The notes beneath the pieces are model-generated. The model saw only the letters and a program-made list of their open reading frames with translations, did no database searches and was not told where the DNA came from. A DNA stretch of 61,688 nt, the filler included, from Choristocarpus tenellus KU-1152 (lineage: Eukaryota > Protista > Phaeophyceae): assembly GCA_964200185.2 (NCBI GenBank). It is 11 parts of 11 records of this genome, joined end to end, with 100 filler letters (N's around TTAATTAATTAA, not from the genome) between each part and the next. Parts side by side here need not be neighbours in the genome. Positions count along the whole stretch, not along the records: positions 30,274 to 37,011 come from CAXNAD020007463.1; positions 37,112 to 40,174 come from CAXNAD020022586.1; positions 40,275 to 42,936 come from CAXNAD020025863.1; positions 43,037 to 51,614 come from CAXNAD020004568.1; 7 more parts are not named here. The stretch is one strand, 5' to 3'. How positions within the stretch are numbered: position 1 is the first letter of the stretch; each line of letters starts with the position of its first letter. Shown piece by piece: positions 35,256 to 46,700 of the stretch. A program made the position numbers and the translations under genes.

Positions 35256-36974
35256 ATTGTTTAAACAGTCTGTACGCAGTAACAACACTACTCTATCTCC
35301 ACTCAAAGAGGTTCAATTGCTCACAGCTAAAGGGAGCTGGATAAGGGTTGATCGAAGGTTCCTCAAGTCAAGAACAGGCCGTAAACTTCCACTTTCCACA
35401 AATCTTATCAATATCAAAAAGGATTTTCAAGAGCAGTACTCACAATTTTTAAGAACGGAAGCAAAGGAAGGACTCAGACGGGAAGGATGAACTTACTCAA
35501 TACACCGTAAGTGTAGGATTCAACCCATTGATGAACGGCATAACGCACAAGAGGCACATGTGTAAATATAAACAACATTTTTCAAACATCGAAAGAACAC
35601 AAGTTCCTGGAAGGGGCGGCTGACTTGGAAGGGGCAACATAAACAAAAAAGCAGGCAGGCAGGCAGGCAGGCAGGCGGAAACGGTGTATGCACCACACCA
35701 CTGCCATGGCAGTACAGCAATTTTTTTTTTTAATTCTCTTTCCTTCTCCTTAGAGGCAAATTACCAATCAAACATAATGCGTGTCTCCCCCTACTCCTGT
35801 GGTCTTTCCCTGAAGCCCCCCCATGACCAGAAACACTGAATCCAACAGTGCATCGCAAGTCAAGGGAGGGGACAACGGCGATACCATGAAGTATGTAACA
35901 TTACCAAGAATACGAGCATAAACGCCTTCCATCTTCAGACCTTGAACTGCCTCTTGAGCAGCTACAGACCCGTACCTGTGGAAAAAAAATTGAGGGCGAG
36001 ATCAAGCTATCAGTTTTGGGGATCAAGAGGGGCAGTGGGGGGGGGTGGAATGGAAGAGGCAGAGGTGGCTCCAGATTGTACGGGTGGTAAGGGATACATA
36101 CATAGAACTTTAAATTGTACTTTTGCTTGAGAATAACAGCCGGAAGTTGATTATAGCCAGGTGTGTTAACAAATAATCAAGGCGTTTAGATGCTCTTCAA
36201 GTCGAGGACGCTTGCATACGCAGAAAAGGATTGGAAGTTTGAGTTCATTTCTCTCCAAAAATGTCTACTTTCAACCCCCGCCCGGCAAGTACCGCACTCT
36301 CTCTTTCGACTCTTGCCACAAAAATCTGGCTCTTTGATCCTCACCATTTGTACCACGCAACTTCAACGCTCTCACTACAACATTGTCGACCAATCTCATT
36401 CCCGTGTCAGTCCCGTGAAGCATAGACACACCGCCGTGTGGTGCAGGAGGGTGTTTTCACACACACATCATAAAGCGCCACGGGACTGGAACTCCGTATA
36501 CAGCACAGAGCAGCATGATATCCCTCTACAGTCGTGCAGACCCGATCAAGGTGCAGAAGTTTCAATGCCAACAGTGCTTACTTACATCACACTACATCCA
36601 CACTAAGTCACACAGAACTCTGCCCTACAACAATCAACCAATGCACACCTAATGTCTTCCTGCATCGCCGCCTTCATGGAATGACGATCGACGTCAACGG
36701 GCTGTCCATCACTCCATCCGGGCAACAAACGCAACCCACCAATCCACCATCCTGGTACGACAGAGATGATACTCTGCAGGCTCTACTTGATATCAAAAGT
36801 GGGTTTCATCAAATTTATTACCAAAACCACCGTCATTGCCTGCACCTTTCCCAGTATGTCCAGAAACTTATTTTTAACTGTCTTGTTCACAACAAGAAAC
36901 AGACGGAACCTTCATTTCATAACAGAACATCCGTAGTTTGTTACAAAGTCCTTTCTGGATGATCCTTTCCATTT

Positions 36975-37011
36975 GGCTCAAAGTATATGGGGGGGTGGGG
37001 ATCTACACCAG
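36975..37011. mobile_element. MITE family A terminus at contig end
   Basis: GGCTCAAAGTATATGGGGGGGTGGGGATCTACACCAG. Confidence 0.8.
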
Positions 37012-37111
37012 NNNNNNNNNNNNNNNNNNNNNNNNNNNNNNNNNNNNNNNNNNNNTTAATTAATTAANNNNNNNNNNNNNNNNNNNNNNNNNNNNNNNNN
37101 NNNNNNNNNNN

Positions 37112-37546
37112 GCAGCTGGAGACGGTTGGGAGCAGTCACCGGAGGGGGGGGCGCCTGTGCCAGGGGGGGGAGGGGGTGGTGTTCATTTGGAGGTTGGGCG
37201 GTTCGTTGCTTTCCCTATGGCAGCATCTAATCCCTGCTCAGTTATGATTGGCCGTATCTTGAGCCTAGAGTTGGGCGAAGAGGAGGGGGATGGGGTTCGC
37301 GTACACTGGTATACTCCAATAACTCACAAGATCCCACGTAGGCGGTCAATGTACGGTAGAGGCTCGTGGTCGCCAGATTTCGTCTACGACAGCAACAACA
37401 AGAGAGTCCCTGACTCGGGTATAGAGTTGGTAAGTGCGGCCTGCTATACTTTACCCTCCTTGTTGGCGAGCGGGAAACTGCCGGCAGCAGTATGGGTCGA
37501 TGTTGAAGAAAACGTTGAGCCTCCATCAGAGGCTGATGAAGAGGAG

Positions 37547-37578
<32 letters not shown>

Positions 37579-37750
37579 GGACGAGGAGGAGGAGGAAGAG
37601 GACAACGGAGAGATGCCACCAGCAAACGCTGGCGGCGGGGGGGCGGCGGGTTCTGCCTCGATAGAGTTGTCGTCTCGTGTCACTAAAGTGCGCAAAACAG
37701 TGGCAGCATTCAAACCTAGTCGACACACGACACGTAAACATTACGGGTAA
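37112..37750 (+). CDS. 5'-truncated ORF: putative beta-barrel (BAH/SH3-like) domain plus poly-Glu and basic tail; possibly transposon-encoded
   Basis: Open frame from the contig start to TAA (212 codons), GC-rich. LEVGRFVAF...MIGRILSL...VRVHWY.P...W.P...LPSLLASGKLP, then ~22 acidic residues. Confidence 0.6.
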
Positions 37751-40032
37751 GTTAGGACGTGATGGCGTGGTTCAAATGCAGTGTTTCCCTGAAGATGTGT
37801 GGAAACTATAGAAGCCACCACGTTTTGTATGTTTTTTGTACATCTGGCGGGGCATCTGGTGAGGAATTGCGTCCGTTCGTCCGTAGATTGTTTCGTGATA
37901 AGACACGGATGAATGTGTGAGCAGACAAGTGTATTCCACGACCGAGTGGTGGAGTCTAACCCAACAAGTACGTCATTAGCGGAAAGTAATTTATACGGAG
38001 TACAAAAGTGTGCGTAGAATGTTGTTAGCGTGTTTTTTTCATGCAAAACTGTGGAACACAACACTTTCACTTGTTGTGCGTGGAACCTGGGGAATCTCTA
38101 TCTGATTCTCTGCTTATAGAGGGACCCTCTTGTGCATAATAATGCATACAAACATACTTGCATACATACTACACAGAGCTTTACAAATATTATGGCAAGC
38201 TTGCTCACCGCAACATTTTAAACCACTACTTGTACTACTATACCGACTTCCCATGGTCGGTCGGTCATCTGAACGCCTTATCAAGAATATCGGTTATCAC
38301 CATTTTCTTTCGCTGATTACAAGCTCTCACTTCACAAGTAACAGCTAACAAACTTTGGCGATTTGAACGCTTTCACAAAAATATCGATGAGCTCTCCCTC
38401 TTCTGTTGGCAAGCTTTCACTCCAAAAAACCGACGAATTCAAGAATCTGGCCATTTGAAAGCTTTCACACTGAAATTGATCTGCGGCCTGCAGGATGGTT
38501 TCGAAACATTTCTCATTCCTTATCTCATAATCCGTTCCTGATCTCACGAACATACTGTTACAAACAGACATAACCTAAAAAATTTACCAACACAATACCA
38601 TAGACCATACAATAAACCACCAATTAAAAATCAGCACTCCCAGGGTTACCACAATCAAGAGACAAAAAGAATATCACAACTTCAACACTAGTTGTTGAAC
38701 TTGAGACCCAAGAGGGGCATCTTACGCCCACTACCATGTCCTACCTACTACTTGCAGTATGATTATCTAAAGTCTAGGGGTGGACAAGGTTACATGAGGT
38801 GGAGTAATAGCAGTCAAGCCCTTTGAACCAACAAGGAAGTGCAGAAAATACAAAACAAAGGAAAAGGAGGTGCACATTACATACCCATCATTTGCAAAAC
38901 CGTCCACACACTCTCCAAGCAATCCACTCACCGGAAACATCATAAAGGGATCGAATGATATGGCGACGACCATAGGCAGGCCGGGCTTCTAGAACTCATC
39001 AAACAGGTACATATCTCCTGCGGTATAGTAGTCCAACGCCTTGACACACAGTCAGCACAAACAATTGTCACACAGTATCACCACATACACAAAGTTCAAA
39101 GCCTTTAGGTAACAATCACGAGGGCCTGTCACAGTCAGGGTTTCAGGTAATGGGAGTGGCCCTGACTGAAGGCGATCCAATTGCTTCTGTTAGCCTGTGA
39201 TCAGACTATACTAAGGAGTACCTAGTATATATTTATGAATATCACAACTTACTATGAACCAACCACAAAATTTTCAGCGCATTTTCCCTTTTCAAGTTAC
39301 ATATGTAACAGAGTTCACAACTATACAAAGTCAGTCCTAACCTTAGCCATTATGAAATTATCACAATCACCACCAATTCCCTTCACAATAGTGATTGTAG
39401 GCTAATGAGGCTGTTATCTCCACGAATTTTGAAGGTTTAATCTAAATCGTCGCCACAATTCATTTTCATGGAAACATGGTTTTGGTTACTCAAAGTCTAC
39501 ACAGCGTTCACTTCACATTGTACACCAATACTACCTTTTATCTTATACTATCTGCTGCCATACCATAAATACACCGGACAAAGACCAAGGTGGTAAGTAC
39601 AGTTGCCAAGCAAGTGGGGGTCATTCCAGCACAAGATTTGAGGGAGTACAACTAGTAATAGATCAAGAGTAACTACATAGTTTGAGAAGTAGAACAGTGT
39701 ATAGTGCCTATGGCCACAGGTCGGGGAGTCCCCAGACTAGAGCGAAGACAATATTCATAAACAGGGAAGAAATAGGGCTCTACTTTGGGTGGGTTACATG
39801 ACCAACCCAGGAAATACCAATGGTTTCTGCTGGCTAAAAAATATCGGGGTTGGAAGGACAGTATAATACTAATGAATCATTAAAGGGATAATATATATAC
39901 ATATATATGAAATAATGACAATGGTTTCATCCACACAGGACAGTATCAGTAGTTACAACGTATCAGTATATAGTAATACTTCAATACTCAAACTTTAGGT
40001 GTGAAATTACCCTATAATAACATCAAAGACCA

Positions 40033-40174
40033 GGCTCAAAGTATCTGGGAGGGGGTGGCGACTATCCATTTGGGGTCAATTTTTTCATGTCACGATTTTG
40101 GGGTGATTTGGTTGCATACGTCGGATGGATACTATAAATGCACTTTTACTGATTTTGGTCCAAATGGACACCCT
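40033..40174 (+). mobile_element. MITE family A, truncated by contig end
   Basis: GGCTCAAAGTATCTGGGAGGGGGTGGCG...GGTGATTTGGTTGCATACGTCGGATG...CCAAATGGACACCCT. Confidence 0.9.
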
Positions 40175-40274
40175 NNNNNNNNNNNNNNNNNNNNNNNNNN
40201 NNNNNNNNNNNNNNNNNNTTAATTAATTAANNNNNNNNNNNNNNNNNNNNNNNNNNNNNNNNNNNNNNNNNNNN

Positions 40275-40438
40275 CAGGTGTTATCTTCAACATGCAAAAA
40301 CAACAAAAGTAGCGTGAATATCCTGATGTTCAAGATAGGTTACCTTCAGGGTATACCTTTTATATGATATTCAAGATAGGTAACCTTCAGGGTATACCTT
40401 CTGTGGAATGTGACTCTCACATCACACCCCCCCCCCTT
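40275..40438 (-). mobile_element. PPT (40427-40438) and start of the 3' LTR (40426 leftwards) of the Gypsy element
   Basis: Minus-strand AAGGGGGGGGGG directly followed by TGTGATGTGAG, ~1.2 kb downstream of the integrase. The LTR contains a tandem TTCAAGATAGGT(T/A)ACCTTCAGGGTATACCTT. Confidence 0.82.
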
Positions 40439-41579
40439 ATGTGGTTTGATGCAGGTATCAAAACAACATATGTGTCAATGGGAAATGGAGGAAATGTGTG
40501 TGTAGCATAACTGACATGAGCACCGAAAAGAAAAGAAATAGTCTCTCAACAAAGAAATACTGTCTTGCAAGACAGTTGTGTACACAAAAAATAAATATCT
40601 GCAAATTAGGAAAAAAATGCAGCATAAGAAGTGGTTTTCGTGAGGCCTCACAACTTAGCACTTGTAACTAAGGGATTTGGTGTTAACCAAATCAGTGCCA
40701 CTTCACCTTGATCAAGGGTGAGATAATCAAACACATCTGGGCACATGGAATTATCACGATTTCGCTGTATCAGATACGACCACGTCTGGTCAAATCTTCA
40801 ACAAGAAAAAGAAAAGGGCACAGGCAATGGCTAGCTAGTCTTATCATGAAATTCTGTTAACTCCGGCAAGGAGATACAGATATAAAAGCATGGACCATAA
40901 TCTCAAATGAGGAAAATAAGAAAATGGAAGACTCCCAATGGGAGAACAGGAATCATGATCAAATTACAGCTGTATCGCTGTAGCACCAATCAGTATATAC
41001 TTGCGTATATAGAAGTCAACAGCATATCACATGGATGTTCGAATCAATTAGAAACAAAATGAAAGAAAGGAAAAAGAAAAGAAAAATATTTAAAAAAAGA
41101 AAAGAAAAAGAACAAACAAAACAAAAAAAGGAAAAGGAAAAGGAAAAGAAACTCAATTGTAAACCGAGGATAAACATGGGGATGGAGTTGGCCATTCCCC
41201 ATCACTGAAATAACTGTTCATCAAAACAGTTGTCCTCCTGAAAAAGAAAAGAAACAAAAATAAAAATGAAAATAAAATATAACAAGTGTGCAAGAGTCAT
41301 TTGTAAATAAATGAACTTGGGTCTCCTCTGTTCATACATGGGTGCACATGTACAAAAAAAAAATCAACTTATCAAAGTTGATATGGCCAAATAGACATCC
41401 ATGTGACATATATATCAAAAGATATACATATGTAACAACACAACCACAAATCATTGACTGAAACACAAATAAAATTCGCAGCACGTATATATTTGAAAAT
41501 ATATATATACTACATTCAGCAGAAATTCAATGAAGTATAAACTTTTTCATTGATCAGAATTGATAACCATCGAAGGTTT

Positions 41580-42936
41580 CATGTTGGAATGAGGTGTATC
41601 CAGACAATGTTGTTGCCTATATGCAGCAATCATATCTGTACATCGTGGCAAATCACGTGGACGATAGAATACATCAGAAGCACTGTCATATTATTTAAGA
41701 TGTAATCTATATTCTATGTTCATAGGTGAACGAGGTCCACGGCCAAACTTGTGTCCCACAATCGCTTCAATAATGTAAGGACCAATGGTTACCGGGGATT
41801 CTATATAATCCAGATCTGGTAAGGGTAAGTTCGGCCAAGAAAAAATTCACTGAGTTTCATAAAATCAGGTTCAGCTAGTTGTGTGTTTGGAATGTAAGGT
41901 TTCAAGTGGGCTAAATGAACAGAAATATCTTTGATGTCACCCTGTTTACAAACACAGTAAACTACAGGGGAAATCTTAGCGATGACAGTGAAAGGTCCAC
42001 GCCAAGGATGAATCAGTTTTGGATTAGATCCGTCACGATCAATATGTGGACGATGTACCAAAACTTGAGCTCCAACTTGAGACACAGGGAAAACAAGAGT
42101 TTCATTGTTAGCAATTTTCTTAGCATTCCGTTCTCCCAGATTGCGACAGGCTAATTCAAAAGCTAACTGCAAATTCTCAGCTGTTGATTGAGTAAACTCT
42201 TGACTAGATTGTGCAACTGTTGTTTTAGATAGACCAAAAATGACATGTATTGGTAAAATTGGCCGGCGTCCAAAAAGTAGGAAGAAAGGTGTTTCTTGTA
42301 ATGTGGTATTGTATGCCGTATTGTGAGCCAATTGAAGAAATGGAACAACAGTCGCCCAATTATTGTCTGCAATGTTACTGTACATGGATAACATTTGGTG
42401 CAAAGTAGAATGAACACGCTCTAAGACAGAGCTACCCTGAGGTCTGTAGGGTGTGGTTCGAGTTTTATGGTACCCAAACACTGTCTGCAATTCCAGAACA
42501 AGTTTATTTCCAAATTCCGAACCTTGGTCAGAGTGAAGGATTTCGGGTGCCCCAAATATTGAAAATATCCTTTCAAACAAAACTTTGGCAATGGTAACTT
42601 CTTGTTTGTCTGGAATGGGAATGAGAAAAGCAAAGCGTGTCAACTGACAAATAGCCGAAATAACATAACGGCAACCTCGGGAAATGGTTTTATACTGTAC
42701 AAGATCAACAGCAATCCGTTCAAATGGTCGAGTGGCAGGAATTTGTCCTTGAGGTAATGTAGGACGTCTGTGAGAGGTTTTCGTCTTTGGCAAAGTTGAC
42801 ATCTTTCACACCACTCTCTAACATCTTTTTGAAACTGAGGCCACCAATATCGGTCTCGTACCTTGTCCAGAGTATGAGAAAGACCAAAATGACCCCCCGA
42901 AGCGGGATGATCATGGCAAGCATGCAAGACCAAAGA
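41580..42936 (-). pseudogene. Ty3/Gypsy integrase (H2C2, rve core, GPY/F) plus chromodomain, frameshifted
   Basis: CHDHPASGGHFG...RYWWP...CERCQLCQ; RPFERIAVDL, LTRF, PEILHSDQGSEF, TTPYRPQG...ER; PKL...WRGPF. After a frameshift: YIIEAIVGHK...EYRLHLK*YDSASDVFYRPRDLPRCTDMIAAY. Confidence 0.93.
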
Positions 42937-43036
42937 NNNNNNNNNNNNNNNNNNNNNNNNNNNNNNNNNNNNNNNNNNNNTTAATTAATTAANNNNNNNN
43001 NNNNNNNNNNNNNNNNNNNNNNNNNNNNNNNNNNNN

Positions 43037-43137
43037 ATTTGGTTGGATACGTCGGATGGTTACTGTAAATGCACTTTTCCTGCTTTTGCCCCAAATGGAC
43101 ACCCTGGTGTAGACCCACCCCCCAGATACTTTGGGCC
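43037..43137 (+). mobile_element. MITE family A 3' half at contig start
   Basis: ...CCCAAATGGACACCCTGGTGTAGACCCACCCCCAGATACTTTGGGCC. Confidence 0.9.
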
Positions 43138-43742
43138 TGTTCCCTGAGTGTCATGGTCACACATTCGTTTCTTTGGACAATGCCAGCAGTAAGGTCGATG
43201 TTTCAGCTATTCATATATGCATTCAACATGTGTGTGGGGGGAGACAAAGGAATACCTGATGTTGAATGCACCATGCCCAGATAGTTCATGTGGTATCTTT
43301 CCCACCCATGAATTTTGTGTTCTTCACATATGTGAGATTTTGCCTGTGTTGTTTATTTGCAGTAGTGGTGTAGAGACTATTTTCGTCAGAAGACTTCAAA
43401 AGGAACTGTACAATGTCCAGGATGTAAAAGAATATACTTTATGCACTACTCCGTAAGAACCCTAATGTCACATACTCCATTCGTTGAGATGGTTGATTTG
43501 GTGATTATTTTAAAGTGGTTGCTCACGCATTCCTAAGTGTATGCTACTACATAGTTTATATGCACTCCTTAAGATCCGTATCAAGACCAAATAAATAGCA
43601 ACAGGAAGTTATAGTGACGCCTCCTGACCTTCCCATCTGTGTCTCACACCTTCCTCGTCTTTGGTCGGTGCTCAAATTAATCTTACCATGCATTCTACAC
43701 TCGGGACATGCGTGATCCTTCCTCTCTTGTCTGCTACCACAG

Positions 43743-46700
43743 ATATGATTATGAACATCGAGCTAATGTGAGAGTGGGGCCAAAAGGAGAAACAAGCTTG
43801 AAATAGAAGAGGAATAGAACAGTATATATAATTTGCTAAATTATAATTTTAAGTACTATAGCACTAGAATACATTAGCCATGATGCTATTCGTTTCACAA
43901 CATGTCCACCACTTCACCTTGTTTCATCTCATCCTTACTACCTACTGATCAGAATCCGTAGCAATTAACCCTTACAAGGCATGCATACACCATGCACTAA
44001 CACAAAATATGTCTTTTTGTGGTAAAAGAGGTCCTATGAACCTAGGGAATTGTGTATCACATGATTTTCTATCACTGGTTATGACTTCAGCACATGTGGC
44101 ATATAATATTCTACAGGACTAGTGAACTGTGTTAAACTTCTGTTTAAAATTGTCCATGCATTACTTTCTTGTAGATCTCCTGAAAAAACTTGAGAGAAAA
44201 CAATATATACTTCGGAATATTTACCATGCTATGTAGACCAAGGATCTCCACCTTCCCCGTGCGGTATTTGCCTAGAAAATCCTCGCGGAAAAAAATGAAG
44301 TGCTAGATATATGCAAAGAGATTAAAAACGATACTTGACTTTGAAGAAGAGCTTCTTGCTTCTTCTATTTTCACCTTGTCCCTCCCTCTTCCGTAAACAT
44401 TCTCTTTTCGGCTAGACTTCAGGCGGACATTCTGAACGGAACCAAGACATACGAAGAGAAAGCGATAAAGTGAGCATACTCACATAACCCATAACCACAC
44501 TCAACATACTTTCGTTTCATTTTCTGCCATCAGTTGCAGCATGGGCCCTGGAACAAATAGGGTGCTTGCACAGAGATATTAAATGCATGTTCTTGTTCAT
44601 CTTGCTCTTTGACTCTACTGTATCCGATTCTATGCGGGTGTTTGCTTTGAGGTAGAGGTTTGGTTTACTTCAATAGTACCTCACTCATTCAAGACACTTG
44701 ATGATATGATATGCACTCTGTAATAGCTCTGAGCAGTGTTGATCTGGAGTGTGAGTGGAAATTTATCTGGGCAGTTGAATGTTCGTTGTTTTTTCCATTT
44801 ACATTAAGGTGTAAGGGTTATGTAACATAGTCAATATAGAATGAATTTAATCATTAGAGAATTGAGAGTTTAGTTTGCAGCAGAAATCAAATTAGATACT
44901 GTTGTGACCATTCTACTATGATAGTGACTCGACTCTCTCACATGGACGGCATATTAGGTTCGTTCCAACTGTTGTACCTGTTTTGGGGCCTTATCACTCC
45001 TGTAGTCTAGGATGGTGCTAATATGAACTTTGCAATTACTTATTTTCACAGACACGCCAAGAGGACATGGAAAGATCTTGTTCGGTCGGACAGAAGCACT
45101 TGGCATGTGGCTGACTACACAAACTTTAGTGATGGGATCATCGACAAAGGTGGGCAACAACATACAATGAGGCGACTTAGGGAAAGCAAAGGACTGGGAT
45201 TTTCTCAATCGGAAAAGGAATCCCTTCAATGAATTAATTGGGTTGGAAGCTGTAGGATTTGATTATTGTACAACAATCGGATGATTTTTCACATCTAGGG
45301 TCAAGCAGGACATGACGGAATAAGGATATTATTTTCGAATAAAAGATAAGTCGTCAAACATATTTGATGATTACAAATAACTATTATTGCAAATGTTACT
45401 GATTACTAGAGAGTACGAAATGGTGTACAGTATAGCTAATGTCTGATTTGTGTCCAATGCCGTTTTGTTTTCAATCTAAATGCAATTCCTGGAGGAGGAT
45501 CTGTACCGAGATTCAAAACCCTTATGCTTGAAAGCAAATGATGAGAACGCATGGGTTATGGTCGAGTACTCAAGGGTTCGAAATATTGTTTGTATGATAG
45601 GTGGTGTTCTTAATGCACCAACCCAAACATTTCCCGATTTCCGTCCACTATGAAGATGGATGTTAGTAGTGGACGATGTAGTATGGCAATATGGCATTTT
45701 CCTCTAATGACACACAGCAAGTAATTTGACTTGTAACATCAATGGTTTCTTTCATTGTCATACTGTGACATGTACTAAACTGTGACTGACTTTATGCTAA
45801 ATGCTGGTTCAAAGTACTGATGACATCTACCACTGGCATACCCTAAACAGAAAAGGTGGATGCAGCATCAAATTGGTGTTCCCGAGCAGTAAGCGGGTAG
45901 AAACGTGTAGAAATATCCCTTGAGGCCGTCCATACCACTAACTACTATTGTAGAGTAGAACGGTGTCACAGATTTCGAAGAATGTAAGAACCAAAGTAAA
46001 CTACAGGGATCTATGTTTTGGATGTTTTGCATTTTGAAGATTTTGTTTTCAATCTCTTGCAATTCACCCATGTTTGTATGGATGTAAAGTTCAAAGTTTG
46101 ACTTGGGAACATTTACTTCTCTATTGTTTGAACCTTTGTCACCACAGTTCAGAAAATATCCCACACAAATTTGCAAGAAATGTCGAATTTCAAACATATT
46201 TGTCAGGATCCTTAAAATGCAACTCTGGTTGTCTCTCATTTACTGTGACTCTATAATGAGATACAAATTACAACTACCCTGGAGACCGACATACCTCTTC
46301 CCTTCTATTTTCATGCTGTTCATTTGTCGTTTTCACCAAATTTCGAAGTAACTTTTATTATTTGGTAACAACAATATCTAGGTTAACCTTCTCACATACA
46401 GCTATCAGTGATTCTTTGAAATGGACAAGAAGCGTATTTCAGCACCAAGCAACATGTAAACAGCTACCAAGATTGCCTACAGAAGAATGTTCCATACGAC
46501 TTATGGAGTTGTAGTATATTTATTGTACAGCATTATACCCTGGACCAACATCGTTCCTCACTACAATGACGCCTCTTCTAGCATGCAACTTCGTGGAGAC
46601 AAAATTGGTTGAGCTCCATGCTAAGCAAGAACATTTAACAACCAATGGCTCAAAGTATCTTAGGGTGTGTGTGTGAAAGGTGTCCATTCGGGGCCCATTT

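Noticed and set aside
36785-36820. LLDIKSGFHQI as an RT motif defining a retroelement
   Set aside because: It is a single isolated motif without flanking RT motifs, insufficient to call a feature.
38321-38468. CRISPR-like array
   Set aside because: The conserved part is only 10-15 bp and imperfect, with no associated genes. Kept only as a periodic motif.
40033-43137. Joining the contig ending at 40174 to the contig starting at 43037 through overlapping MITE A halves
   Set aside because: The overlap has several mismatches and the flanks (CCA vs TGT) do not form a TSD, so these are different copies.
43769-43771. In-frame TGA in GH88 as selenocysteine, readthrough or pseudogene evidence
   Set aside because: It lies within a GTGAGA splice donor, and splicing to 44416 restores the GH88 alignment.
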